From a virus (lineage: Duplodnaviria > Caudoviricetes): DNA of 64,000 nt. Below are positions 46,277 through 55,159 of this stretch, piece by piece. The notes beneath the pieces are model-generated. The model worked only from the letters and a program-made list of their open reading frames with translations, did not search any database and had not been told where the DNA came from. How positions within the stretch are numbered: the first letter of the stretch is position 1; the number at the start of each line of letters is the position of its first letter. A program made the translations under genes and the position numbers. The stretch covers positions 2,054 to 66,053 of IMG/VR virus record IMGVR_UViG_2828058034_000001, one strand, 5' to 3'.

Positions 46277-46644
46277 GCCATGACCAGTTGTCGTTCAATC
46301 CATTCGGTCTGCAGCGCGATCAGCTCGTCGTCACTGCCGTAGGTCTCGTGAAACAGCGCGCTCCCGTCCATCAGCGATGGGCCGTAGCTATCGCGGGTGC
46401 TGCTGGTCGTCTGGCGCGGCATTGGGTGTGCCCGGTGGTGCCACACGCACAGCGCGTAGCCGAACAGGTGCCCGCGCCGGCGGTTGCCGCTCTTGCAGTG
46501 GTTGTAGTCGCAGCCCACCACCACCAGCTGCTGCGGCAGCAGGCCGGCTGCCATGCGCACCACGCACGCCATGCACGGCCCTTCCTTCGACAGCTCGAAC
46601 CGCACCACCTCCTCGGCTGTCGGCGTGCCGGTGCTGTGGCGCAT
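46273..46644 (-). CDS. Ref-like (RecA-dependent) HNH-type nuclease
   Basis: CMAC...NH..SG...GH...LCVWHH...FHETYGSDDEL. Confidence 0.7.
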   Translation of the reverse strand: MRHSTGTPTAEEVVRFELSKEGPCMACVVRMAAGLLPQQLVVVGCDYNHCKSGNRRRGHLFGYALCVWHHRAHPMPRQTTSSTRDSYGPSLMDGSALFHETYGSDDELIALQTEWIERQLVMA

Positions 46645-46943
46645 CACCACCACCTCAGGGCTAGATCTGCCTCCGCCTCCGACTGCAGGAGTCGCACCGG
46701 GCGGATCGATATCGTTTCGCCGGCGATCTCCTCCCGGTGCTGGAGCAGATACTCCAGCGCTTTCGCTTCCTCACCATGGCGGAAATAGGCGACGATCAGG
46801 CCGCAAGCTTCGACGCGAAGCGCCGGGATCCGATCCTCGTCTTTCTTTACCTGGAGAGCTCTGTCCAGCGCCTCTTTGGCCTGAATCAGCTCCCCCATGT
46901 CTGCGCCGTGCAGCCATGCCCCCACGTCGGCGAAGTTCGTCAT
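46644..46943 (-). CDS. Phage hypothetical protein
   Basis: Coupled start/stop in operon. Confidence 0.6.
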   Translation of the reverse strand: MTNFADVGAWLHGADMGELIQAKEALDRALQVKKDEDRIPALRVEACGLIVAYFRHGEEAKALEYLLQHREEIAGETISIRPVRLLQSEAEADLALRWW

Positions 46944-47389
46944 GCGACCACCTGCAGCAGCGGGCGGACCATCTGCGGGCGCAGGCGGCGGCCGACCAGC
47001 TCGAAGCCGGCCGCGCGCAGCGTCAGATAGGCGCCCTGGCGCAGCGGCGGGTGCCCAGCGTTGGCGATCAGGTTGTTCGCCGTCTCCATGCGCTCGATGT
47101 TCTTGCGCCCCATGCCGCAGTAATAGCCGCGCAGCACGCAGGCCATGACCACGTCCTCGCGCGCAATGCGGCCGATCACGTCCTCAACGCGCTGGGCCCG
47201 GGCGTCCACCTCCAGCGGCTTGAACCCCACGTTCGGCGGCGGCATCTCGCCGCGGTGCTCGATCAGCACCTGCAGCATGTTCTTGCTGGCCAGCCCCAGG
47301 TAGTCGAAGTCCCGGTGCAGCGCGAACTCGAAGCCCCACCATTCCAGGTCGGAGCGCGTCGCCTCGGTGAAACTGTCGAATTCGGCCAT
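46940..47389 (-). CDS. Putative late antiterminator (Q-like)
   Basis: Position ahead of lysis genes; LEWWG...SKNML...VLRGYYC pattern. Confidence 0.5.
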   Translation of the reverse strand: MAEFDSFTEATRSDLEWWGFEFALHRDFDYLGLASKNMLQVLIEHRGEMPPPNVGFKPLEVDARAQRVEDVIGRIAREDVVMACVLRGYYCGMGRKNIERMETANNLIANAGHPPLRQGAYLTLRAAGFELVGRRLRPQMVRPLLQVVA

Positions 47390-47391
47390 GG

Positions 47392-47574
47392 TCAGCCCCT
47401 CCCCTGGACCGGCTCTGCGCTGCCATCCCGGCCCAGGCACCACACCTGGCCGTCCACGTGCACGTTCGCCCACGGAGCACCCTGCAGCAGCAGCCAGTGC
47501 GTGGCGTCGTCCAGCGACTGGAACTCGTGGCGCGCGGCGCGCGGGTCGGCTGCGTTGGTGTTCGTGTACATCAA
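47392..47574 (-). CDS. Phage hypothetical protein
   Basis: GAGGGG RBS, coupled. Confidence 0.55.
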   Translation of the reverse strand: MMYTNTNAADPRAARHEFQSLDDATHWLLLQGAPWANVHVDGQVWCLGRDGSAEPVQGRG

Positions 47575-47768
47575 TTCCCCCTCTTCTCTGCTGCTGCCGC
47601 GATGCGTTCGAACTTGCGGGCCTGGTACTCGTTGGCCTGGATCGCAGCGCTTTTGCTCTTACGCTCGCGCTCGCCAATGGCCGGCTTGCGGTGAATGCCG
47701 TCGAGCCGCGCACGGATCTGGCTGGCTTGGCTCCGCGCCCAGGCCGAACGCTTGACCGATGCCGTCAT
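47571..47768 (-). CDS. Basic hypothetical protein
   Basis: ATG at 47768 coupled to upstream stop. Confidence 0.5.
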   Translation of the reverse strand: MTASVKRSAWARSQASQIRARLDGIHRKPAIGERERKSKSAAIQANEYQARKFERIAAAAEKRGN

Positions 47769-47986
47769 GCCCGGCCGTTTCCGGCACGGCCGAACGCGGT
47801 GCGCAGGCGCTTCGTCCAGACGTACAGCGGCCAGCACCAGCTCGCGCGAAATTGCGCGTTCTCGCTGCTGACCTCGATCAGCTTCTGGAGGTTGCTGCCC
47901 AGGTTGGCGCGCAGCACGTCCTTGGTCGGCTGCTTCATGCGGCGCGGCTGCGGCGCGGGCTGGTTGGAGATCAGGTCTTCGCTCAT
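47765..47986 (-). CDS. Phage hypothetical protein
   Basis: GAGG RBS; MSEDLISNQP. Confidence 0.5.
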   Translation of the reverse strand: MSEDLISNQPAPQPRRMKQPTKDVLRANLGSNLQKLIEVSSENAQFRASWCWPLYVWTKRLRTAFGRAGNGRA

Positions 47987-47993
47987 CGGGGCC

Positions 47994-48707
47994 TCAGTGG
48001 TGCGTAATGGTGGAAAGCGCGGCCGGCGCGCCGAGCGCCTTGGCCAGGTTGGTGAGGCCCTTTGCGGTAACGCGCACCTGCGTGCGCACCCACTCGCTGC
48101 CGTCCGGCTTGGCGCCGGTGGTGACCTTGTGCTCCAGGCAGCCGCTGTGCAGCCGGCCGGCGTAGGCCAGCCACGTGGTGGAGAAGGGATTGCGATAGAT
48201 CCACTTCTTTTGCTCGAGCAGCGACAGGAATTCGCGCTCCGGGATCTGCAGCGCCTTGGCCGCCTCGCGCAGCGGCATCGATCCACGCGCGGTCGCGATC
48301 CGGTCCAGCGCGTCAGCCTTGGGTGTCAGCTCCTCGACGCGGCCGGCATAGCTGGCCAGCAGCCCACGGAGCGCGGCCGGGTCCGACAGCAGCGCCAGCG
48401 GATCGGCCGGCGCGGCGACGCGGCGCTCCAGCTCCTGCCAGCGGTCGACCAAGCGCGCGGTGAACTCCGGCGACAGCTGCGCCACCACCACGATGCTGTC
48501 GCGCTTGCCCTGCTGGCCCGAAAACACAAATTCAGCCCCGGGCCTACCTGCGGTGGCCTTTTCCACCAATGGTGGAAAAGCTATGACGCCGCTGGTGACA
48601 AGCCGCTCAATCGCGCGCTTGACGCTGTCGTGGCGGGAGTCCACCAGCTCGGCAATATCGCGACTGGTGATGGCCGGCGGATCGCCGGCGATGGTGAGTT
48701 GGCTCAT
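47994..48707 (-). CDS. Rha/KilAC-domain antirepressor
   Basis: ITSRDIAELVDSRHDSVKRAIERL, VVAQLSPEFTARLVDRW, ELTPKA, QVRVTAKGL. Confidence 0.88.
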   Translation of the reverse strand: MSQLTIAGDPPAITSRDIAELVDSRHDSVKRAIERLVTSGVIAFPPLVEKATAGRPGAEFVFSGQQGKRDSIVVVAQLSPEFTARLVDRWQELERRVAAPADPLALLSDPAALRGLLASYAGRVEELTPKADALDRIATARGSMPLREAAKALQIPEREFLSLLEQKKWIYRNPFSTTWLAYAGRLHSGCLEHKVTTGAKPDGSEWVRTQVRVTAKGLTNLAKALGAPAALSTITHH

Positions 48708-49171
48708 GGCTGGCTCCCGTAGCGCGCGATCAACGCTGCGTCGGCGAAGGCCTGGCCGGCAGCCTTCTTCCCCAGGTCAGCCCAGCGCGGCCACAGCTGG
48801 ATAGCGCGGCTGCGCGCTGCGTCTTTCTCCGATCCGATCAGCCCGGCGCGTTTCTTCCACGCCTGCGGGGTCACCAGCGTCACCGGCAGCATCATGGCCG
48901 CGGCCACACCCTCCACAACCCCGGCCGCGTGCCCGAAGGTGTAGACGCTCGACACACCCTGCTTCGGCATCGCATGCACCTGCTCAATGAAGACGTGGCC
49001 GGTGTCGAAGTCCTGAAGGAAGCGGGCCACTGCTGCGGCGTCTACCCGCGTTGACTGGCCGACCTTGAGGGTCGGCATGCGGATCCACTCGACAGGCAAC
49101 GGCTGGGCGGCGCTTTGCAGCACGACCAAAGCACCCGAGCAGCCCGGATCGATACCAATGACGTAGCTCAT
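48704..49171 (-). CDS. RuvC-like Holliday junction resolvase
   Basis: VIGIDPG, FIEQV, PQAWKK, ADAALIA. Confidence 0.85.
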   Translation of the reverse strand: MSYVIGIDPGCSGALVVLQSAAQPLPVEWIRMPTLKVGQSTRVDAAAVARFLQDFDTGHVFIEQVHAMPKQGVSSVYTFGHAAGVVEGVAAAMMLPVTLVTPQAWKKRAGLIGSEKDAARSRAIQLWPRWADLGKKAAGQAFADAALIARYGSQP

Positions 49172-49815
49172 GCGTTGCTCCTATCGCGGATGTGCTGCTC
49201 AATGCCCGGCAAGCGGACCACCTGCCCGCCGGCGCGGATGAACTCTTCGACGCTCTGCGCGCGCGCGCGGGGCGCCATAGGGGCCGGCCTGGTAACGACA
49301 GGAGCCGAGGCCTTGCGCACCGCGATCACGGCCTGAGCTGTGGCCTTCGCCCGCCGCTGCACGCGCGCCGCAGCGGCCTGACGCTGGCGCTCCTTCACAA
49401 CCTTGCGCCTCGCGCGCGCGTCGGTCCGCTGCTGTTTCTCCAGCGCCATCCGCTCCAGCCGGGCGGACTTGCGCAGTGCTTCGTCGATCCGGCGCTGTTC
49501 CTGAGTGCGCCCGCCCTGAGCCCAGTGCCGAGCGTTCATGTAATCGCGCTTCTGCTTGGCCCTGGCTGCGATCACAGCTTTGTCGGTCGGCGCGATACGC
49601 GGGTTTGGATCGGCAACGAACGAATACGCCGTGCGCCGCCCGGTACCGGTGCGATCCAGGTATCCCGCGTCAGCGTTGTCCTTCATCGCGCTGTAGTACG
49701 CCCGGCGCCGTTTCGCGCCAGCGGGCACACCCATCGCATCGAGGATCACCTGCGGCGTGTGGGCGCCTGGATTGGCCTTGAGCCATTCGCGAATGCGTGC
49801 GGGATAGGCCTTCAT
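49168..49815 (-). CDS. Basic phage hypothetical protein
   Basis: Coupled; N-terminal winged-helix-like segment. Confidence 0.6.
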   Translation of the reverse strand: MKAYPARIREWLKANPGAHTPQVILDAMGVPAGAKRRRAYYSAMKDNADAGYLDRTGTGRRTAYSFVADPNPRIAPTDKAVIAARAKQKRDYMNARHWAQGGRTQEQRRIDEALRKSARLERMALEKQQRTDARARRKVVKERQRQAAAARVQRRAKATAQAVIAVRKASAPVVTRPAPMAPRARAQSVEEFIRAGGQVVRLPGIEQHIRDRSNA

Positions 49816-50444
49816 GCCTGCACCGCCGTTGCGTCGCCAAGCTCCGCGGCTGCACGCTCCAACGCCGCACGCGCCGCGTCGCGGTCCACCACTTCCGGCA
49901 CCTTCGCGGGCGGCGGCAGCGCCGTGGCGGCCGGCTCCGGCACCTCGCCGCCGCGCATGACGTGCTCACGTGCCAGCTCGTACGCCTCACGCACCATCCG
50001 GTCAGCGTCACTCGCGCTGGCGCCGCGGTAACGGTATCCGTCCAGCTTAAAGCCCACCAGCACAGTGAAGCCGCTGCGGTCGCCGCCATTGCGCAGCTCG
50101 TTGGACACCTGCGCCAGGCTCGGCACGCCCAGGCAGCGCGCGCGAAACTCGGGCAGCGTCGGCGGCCACGGATCCGCGGAGGCAATGCACGCCGCAATAC
50201 CGGCGCCCAGCCGCTCAGCCGTCAAGCCAGCGAGCGCTTTCGCCCAAGTGTTGCCCGCGCCCTTCGATGCGTCAGCGCCGTACTCGCGCGTCCACTTCAA
50301 CCCGTAGATCTCAGACATGCGAGTCCAAACGGTGGAAATCAGCGTCAAGGAAATCGGCGCCGGCGCCGCTGGTCCGCTCGCGTTCGATGGCTTCGAGCGA
50401 AAGGCGGAGGGTGCGCTCGGAAGCGCTCTCGCGAGGGATTGCAT
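49812..50444 (-). CDS. Replication protein P-like (helicase loader-like)
   Basis: VWTRMSEIYG.KW...G, WAKAL, WPPTLPEFR.RC; follows O; start uncertain. Confidence 0.65.
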   Translation of the reverse strand: MQSLARALPSAPSAFRSKPSNASGPAAPAPISLTLISTVWTRMSEIYGLKWTREYGADASKGAGNTWAKALAGLTAERLGAGIAACIASADPWPPTLPEFRARCLGVPSLAQVSNELRNGGDRSGFTVLVGFKLDGYRYRGASASDADRMVREAYELAREHVMRGGEVPEPAATALPPPAKVPEVVDRDAARAALERAAAELGDATAVQA

Positions 50445-51231
50445 GGGCGGATGCTCCGGAGGTGATGGTGTTGGCGCCGGTGGCGCGCTGGCGGCGAGCC
50501 GCGGTGATCAGGTAGCCGGCCGGCTTGTCCGGGTAGACGTCGGACAGCTCGAGCAGGTGCTGGGCGGTGACGCCTTCAGCCGCTGCGGCGATCAGGTCGG
50601 GGTGCTGGCTGGTGGTGCGCAGGCCTGGCCGGTTGAGCGACAGGGCTGCTCGGTTCAACGCTGCTGCGATGGAACCTGCCTGTGTTCCACACACACCCTG
50701 CGCAGCACCAACGAAGCCTTCGACGATGTGTGGTGTGTGGTTATTGCTCTTGGTTGCTTTTGGTTGCTCTTGGTTCGGGTGCAAAAGCTTTGCACCCTTT
50801 TCAGCACCGTTTTGCACCCTTTCGGACGCTGTTTTGCACCCTTTTGCTCCGCGTTTTGCACCCTTCAACGGTGCAAAATCTGCACCCTTTCCCGTGGAAC
50901 ATTGACCGCCACCCAAGGGTGCAATATCTGCACCCTTCATCCATTCGGGATTGATGCGGTACTGGCGGGTCTTGCCGCCCTCTTTGAATCCGTTGCTTCG
51001 ACCGCCGAGCCCGTCATTTATGAGGATCAGCCAACCCGAAGCCTCCATGCGGCGCAGCTGGTACTGCACGGAGCGCTCTGACTGCCGCGTCTTCGCTGCA
51101 AGAAGTGCGATCGATGGATAGATGTGCGTGCCGTCGTCGTGCGCGTGGTCTGCCAGCGCAAGCGCGAGCAACATCTCGCCGCCACCGGTCGGATAGCGCT
51201 CGAAAACCATGCCGGTCACCTTGGCGCTCAT
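50311..51231 (-). CDS. Replication initiator O-like (HTH)
   Basis: LLALALADHA.DDG..IYPSIALLA.KT..SERSVQ; internal iterons. Confidence 0.85.
   Translation of the reverse strand: MSAKVTGMVFERYPTGGGEMLLALALADHAHDDGTHIYPSIALLAAKTRQSERSVQYQLRRMEASGWLILINDGLGGRSNGFKEGGKTRQYRINPEWMKGADIAPLGGGQCSTGKGADFAPLKGAKRGAKGCKTASERVQNGAEKGAKLLHPNQEQPKATKSNNHTPHIVEGFVGAAQGVCGTQAGSIAAALNRAALSLNRPGLRTTSQHPDLIAAAAEGVTAQHLLELSDVYPDKPAGYLITAARRQRATGANTITSGASAHAIPRESASERTLRLSLEAIERERTSGAGADFLDADFHRLDSHV
50777..50938. repeat. Replication origin iterons
   Basis: TGCACCCTT at 50791, 50813, 50835, 50857, 50881, 50929 plus inverted copies. Confidence 0.85.
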
Positions 51232-51578
51232 AGGCTGATCACCACACCGCCGAGCGCATGGCCCACTCGATGGTCTGCAAGCTGCCGATCCTGCTCGCGC
51301 AGCGACTCACCGCGCACGCGGCCCAGCGCTTCATCAATCATCGAAGCGGCGACCGCATCGCTGACATGCGCAGCGGCCGCAATCTCGGCCGCGTTGCAGC
51401 CCTGCTTCAGGAGATTCCACACCTGACGTCTCGACATGTTTCGCACCGGCTCTTGATGACGGCGCGCATCATGCAAAACACCCTTGGTTGCTGGTACGGC
51501 CAGCTGCTGGGGATAACTTGTGGACTTCATTTCCGGCCGCCCTGCTGCGTTTCCAGCTCTTCGGCGCGCGCTTCCCAA
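51228..51578 (-). CDS. Small HTH-like hypothetical protein (start uncertain)
   Basis: VWNLLKQGCNAAEIAAAAHVS; coupled to O. Confidence 0.5.
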   Translation of the reverse strand: MGSARRRAGNAAGRPEMKSTSYPQQLAVPATKGVLHDARRHQEPVRNMSRRQVWNLLKQGCNAAEIAAAAHVSDAVAASMIDEALGRVRGESLREQDRQLADHRVGHALGGVVISL

Positions 51579-51805
51579 TACGCGATCCGCTGATCGAGGT
51601 GCTTTAGGCGCACTGCGAGCTGGTCGCGCTTGAAGAAGCTCACTGTCGCGGCACGTTGACAGCTCACGGATTCGCGGATGCAGCGCGTGGTTTCCACCAT
51701 GGAACGCAGGGACTCAAGCGGCGACAGCTCTTTGCCTCTTAGCCCTTCCGGCGTCATCTGGTTCAACTGCTGCACCAGCGGATGCTTGGATGCCCAGGAC
51801 ATCAC
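51527..51805 (-). CDS. Phage hypothetical protein
   Basis: GTGA coupling to CII. Confidence 0.55.
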   Translation of the reverse strand: MMSWASKHPLVQQLNQMTPEGLRGKELSPLESLRSMVETTRCIRESVSCQRAATVSFFKRDQLAVRLKHLDQRIAYWEARAEELETQQGGRK

Positions 51806-52275
51806 TGCACCCCTGCTTGCGCGGCAGCGCGCGCGTGCTGGGCGACCTGTGCCAACTGCGCCTGCGCGTCGCCACAGGCGGCAGCAATCTCGGCAGCCTC
51901 GTTGGCGGTGATGCGGCCGTCGTCGATCGCCTCGCCGATGATCTGCGACAGCTTGCCCTTGGCAGACGATGCCGAAAGCAGAGCGGCCAGCATCGAGCCG
52001 CTTGTCGGTGCCTCAGTGCGCGTCAGCGTGTAGCCGTGTTCGGCGGCCAGCGCGTGCAGGATCCGGTCATCGCCGGTGACGCCCATGATCTGGCTGGCCT
52101 CGGCCAGCGTCAGGTGGTGCGTGCTGGTGTTCGGGTTGACCTTGCTACGCAGCACCGCGTCGGACATGGCGCGCTCGCGGCCGTCGTCCTTCGTGGTGAT
52201 CAAGCGCGTTGCAAGTGCAACGCTGCCGCCCGGATAGGAGTGAACGGTGTGGTATGCGGCGTCGGTGATGTTCAT
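51802..52275 (-). CDS. CII-like phage regulatory protein
   Basis: YPGG..ALA, LRSKVNPN...HHLTL.EA. Confidence 0.8.
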   Translation of the reverse strand: MNITDAAYHTVHSYPGGSVALATRLITTKDDGRERAMSDAVLRSKVNPNTSTHHLTLAEASQIMGVTGDDRILHALAAEHGYTLTRTEAPTSGSMLAALLSASSAKGKLSQIIGEAIDDGRITANEAAEIAAACGDAQAQLAQVAQHARAAAQAGVQ

Positions 52276-52413
52276 CGGGTTTCTGCCTGAACGTGGTTTC
52301 GAGTGACGGCGGCCGGCAACATCACGGCCATGGAGAACAACTGCGCGGGAAATGCGCCGGCCGAGGCCGGCGGGGTCAAGGAGGGTCGGAACGCATTACG
52401 CCGTAGACCTCCA

Positions 52414-52890
52414 TCAACTCGTCTCGATCTGCACGATTCGGTCTGCGTCCAGATCGGACGGAGCCTTGGGTGCGTTGATCGGCGGCGGCTCGACCAGCGC
52501 CAGGACGGCGGGCAGCGCGGGCAGGTGCTCGTCCTCGCCCCAGGCGTCGACCTGGTCGCGTGGCAGCTTCAGCAACACGGCCAGGCCTGCGTCGTTCGCA
52601 AGGCCGAGCTTTGCGCGCAGCGAGCGTTTGGTGATGCCCGCGCTGACCTGTTTGACGCTATCGCCCTGCTCACAAGCGGCCGGAGCTGGGTTGGGGCCAA
52701 AGATGTCGGGTCTCAGCTCGTGCTTGCTGATTCCGGTCACCGACTCGATCAATCGAACGCGCTCAACCGGAATGCGGCCGCGCGATTTCCATTCGCTGAT
52801 GGATGCCGATCGAATGCCCAATTGGTTCGCCAGGTTCTGCTGCGAACCTGCGGCGACGATTGCTTTCTGCAAGGGGGTTTGGCTGTCCAT
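52414..52890 (-). CDS. cro: Cro-like repressor with second HTH-like domain
   Basis: AGSQQNLANQLGIRSASISEW...IP..R...IE..TGI...ELRPD; divergent from CI. Confidence 0.8.
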   Translation of the reverse strand: MDSQTPLQKAIVAAGSQQNLANQLGIRSASISEWKSRGRIPVERVRLIESVTGISKHELRPDIFGPNPAPAACEQGDSVKQVSAGITKRSLRAKLGLANDAGLAVLLKLPRDQVDAWGEDEHLPALPAVLALVEPPPINAPKAPSDLDADRIVQIETS

Positions 52891-52899
52891 GCGGACCAT

Positions 52900-52974
52900 A
52901 TTAGGTCTGCCCTAATAAACAAGCAACAGGGCAAACCTAATATTTCTGAAGGCATCATTTAGGCTATGCCTAAG
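52900..52974. promoter_or_regulatory. OR operators (three 17-bp sites)
   Basis: ATTAGGtctgcCCTAAT (52900), AACAGGgcaaaCCTAAT (52925), TTTAGGctatgCCTAAG (52958). Confidence 0.75.
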
Positions 52975-53664
52975 AGACCCCCCGACAAGGACGCGCCGGA
53001 CTTTGGCCGCCGCCTGGTAGAGCTGCTTTCGAGCCACAACGTGCCCCGGCGCGGGGCTGGCGCTTACCTGCAGCGCCAGTACAAGGTGTCGAACGTGACC
53101 GCCAATGACTGGCTGAACGGCAAGTTCCGCCCGGAGATAGACACGGCGAGGCGCATCGCGGCTGATCATGGCGTGAGCTTCGACCAGCTGTACTTTGGCG
53201 ATCGCAGCCAGCCGGACGTCGACGATGACTATGCGGACGTGACCGGCTGGTCGCAGGCCGCCGGCCTGGGCGCGGGCGCGGAGGCGCAGGAGTACGCCGA
53301 GACCCACAGCCTCAAGTTCAAGAAGACCAGCCTTCGCCGCCGCGGCATCCTCGGCCGCGACCTGGCCGTCTACTACGGCAAAGGCGATTCCATGGAGCCG
53401 ACGATCCAGGACGGCGACGCCATCTTGTTCGATACCTCGGACACCCGCCCTGTCGATGGCACCCTGTACGTCATTCAGGTCGACGGCATGGCCAACCCCG
53501 AGTACTACGTCAAACGCGCCCTCGTGCTCGAGGCCGGCGTCTACTTCCAAAGCGACAACCCGTCAGGCGACCACCAGTGGCGCAAGCCCAAGCCCATGGC
53601 CTCCAAGAAGCACCCGATCACTATCATCGGCCGAGTCCACTGGGTGGGCGGCTGGCGAGATTGA
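52966..53664 (+). CDS. cI: CI-like repressor (HTH + S24 peptidase)
   Basis: N-terminal HTH; GDSMEP (Ser) and YYVKR (Lys) dyad. Confidence 0.92.
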   Translation: MPKRPPDKDAPDFGRRLVELLSSHNVPRRGAGAYLQRQYKVSNVTANDWLNGKFRPEIDTARRIAADHGVSFDQLYFGDRSQPDVDDDYADVTGWSQAAGLGAGAEAQEYAETHSLKFKKTSLRRRGILGRDLAVYYGKGDSMEPTIQDGDAILFDTSDTRPVDGTLYVIQVDGMANPEYYVKRALVLEAGVYFQSDNPSGDHQWRKPKPMASKKHPITIIGRVHWVGGWRD

Positions 53665-53920
53665 CTGTTCCGCCCACCTGTTTCGGCTGGCAGCGAGGCC
53701 TCAAGGAACCTAGCATTTGGCCGATACAGCTGGTGATCCCAGAGTTGGCGCGTCAGTTTGTGACGCGTTTTGACAACTTGTTAATTCGACAAATCGTGTA
53801 ACGAAAGTTCATTTCGTTTTATCGAAACATCTGTACACTGCGCGACATGTCAACTCTGGTTGACACCCAGGACCCATGGGATGGAGTCCTAGCCGTCACA
53901 AAAATTAGAAGGGATACCTC

Positions 53921-54121
53921 ATGGCTAATGCTCAGGTAATCGACTTTTCCGCCCGGCAGCAGAGCGACGCTCTCGATGGGCAGTTCCTCACTTTGATCGA
54001 CTCTGATATGGCGGGCAACCCCCACCATGTCCGCCCCCTGTCTGCTGCTCTTTTGCAGGAGTTGCAGGCTTTCTGCGACGAGGCTGAGATCTGCCACGAG
54101 CACGAGCTTCTCCAAGGCTAA
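53921..54121 (+). CDS. Minimal PrlF/SohA-like antitoxin (C-terminal domain only)
   Basis: D...GQFL.LI..D....P..V.PL pattern of PrlF C-terminus; in-frame TAG at 53906 excludes an N-terminal AbrB domain. Confidence 0.7.
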   Translation: MANAQVIDFSARQQSDALDGQFLTLIDSDMAGNPHHVRPLSAALLQELQAFCDEAEICHEHELLQG

Positions 54122-54131
54122 GGAATAGCGC

Positions 54132-54614
54132 ATGGCTCAGGATGAGTTGACCCAAATTAATGGCTGGGCGCTTTACAGCTTCGACTTGTTTGCTGATCGC
54201 CTTAGGGGGTTGCTCGAGGAAGCTAAGCGCGTTCGTTCTGCAGATCCGGATGGCTACCGGTCACATCCGGTCGTCAAGCTGGTGGTTTGCGTCAACAAGG
54301 CCATAACCCAGGTGGTGCCGGCCAATCCTATGCACAACGATTTCCTTCAGGGGAACACCCTGGGTAAGGATCTGAGGCATTGGCGGCGCGTGAAGAAGCA
54401 TATCCCCGAGCGGTACCGCCTGTTCTTCCAGTTCAGGTCATATGCTCCGCAGACAGTGATCTATGCTTGGCTAAATGACGACTTCACCCTGCGAAAAGAA
54501 GGCGCGAAGACAGATTGCTATGCCGTTTTCAAGGCAATGGTTGAAAACGGCACGGTTCCCAATAGCTTCGAATCCCTGCGCAGCGCCTCAAAGGCGCTGC
54601 AATCAGCGTCCTGA
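54132..54614 (+). CDS. yhaV: YhaV-family RNase toxin
   Basis: INGW, FLQGNTLG...RHWRRVK, RYRLFFQF, IYAWLND..TLR..G..TD.Y.VF..M...G..P. Confidence 0.88.
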   Translation: MAQDELTQINGWALYSFDLFADRLRGLLEEAKRVRSADPDGYRSHPVVKLVVCVNKAITQVVPANPMHNDFLQGNTLGKDLRHWRRVKKHIPERYRLFFQFRSYAPQTVIYAWLNDDFTLRKEGAKTDCYAVFKAMVENGTVPNSFESLRSASKALQSAS

Positions 54615-54623
54615 CTCGACAAC

Positions 54624-54648
54624 GACCCCGCCCCGGCGGGGTTTTTGC
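54624..54648 (+). terminator. Rho-independent terminator
   Basis: ACCCCGC...GCGGGGT followed by T-run, between convergent genes. Confidence 0.8.
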
Positions 54649-54672
54649 TTTGTGGGGTCTGGTGCTTCTTGG

Positions 54673-55125
54673 CTAGAGCACTGGCTCGATCGTGGCCTCG
54701 CCCTCCAGCCTGGTGTGGATCCGGTAGGAGCGCACTTGGCCCGCTTCAACAAAGATCTCTGCGCTATGGCTGCGCGCCACCTGACGACTCTCGCTGTTTG
54801 CCCCGCAAAGCCCTTTCCCACCCACCGATCGCGACGTGATGACGTGCCGGCCAGCGCTCAGTGAGATCACGGCTCGCTCGCCTGTCTCGAAGTGAGCGGC
54901 TGGCTTGCCGTCGACGTAGAGCCCCAGATAGCAGCCCGCGCCGACCAGACCCACGTCACGCGTCACCGCGATCGATCCGGTAGGAGCGGCCTGTGCGCCG
55001 AAGTCGAACAGCCGATCTGAAGGTACGGCACTGACCTGATCCGGGCGTGGTTGCTTGGTGGGCTGCACGCAGCCGGATAGCGTTCCTACTGCCAGGGCAG
55101 CCGCGATTGTCAAAACCTTGCGCAT
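54673..55125 (-). CDS. Lipoprotein (DUF2846-like beta domain)
   Basis: MRKVLTIAAALAVGTLSGC lipobox; LYVDGK, LSAGRHVI. Confidence 0.75.
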   Translation of the reverse strand: MRKVLTIAAALAVGTLSGCVQPTKQPRPDQVSAVPSDRLFDFGAQAAPTGSIAVTRDVGLVGAGCYLGLYVDGKPAAHFETGERAVISLSAGRHVITSRSVGGKGLCGANSESRQVARSHSAEIFVEAGQVRSYRIHTRLEGEATIEPVL

Positions 55126-55159
55126 AGCTGGTTCCTCTTCTTGGCTTGGGCGCTGCCTG

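Noticed and set aside
47367-48722. 451-aa plus-strand ORF
   Set aside because: Antisense to the antirepressor and small early genes
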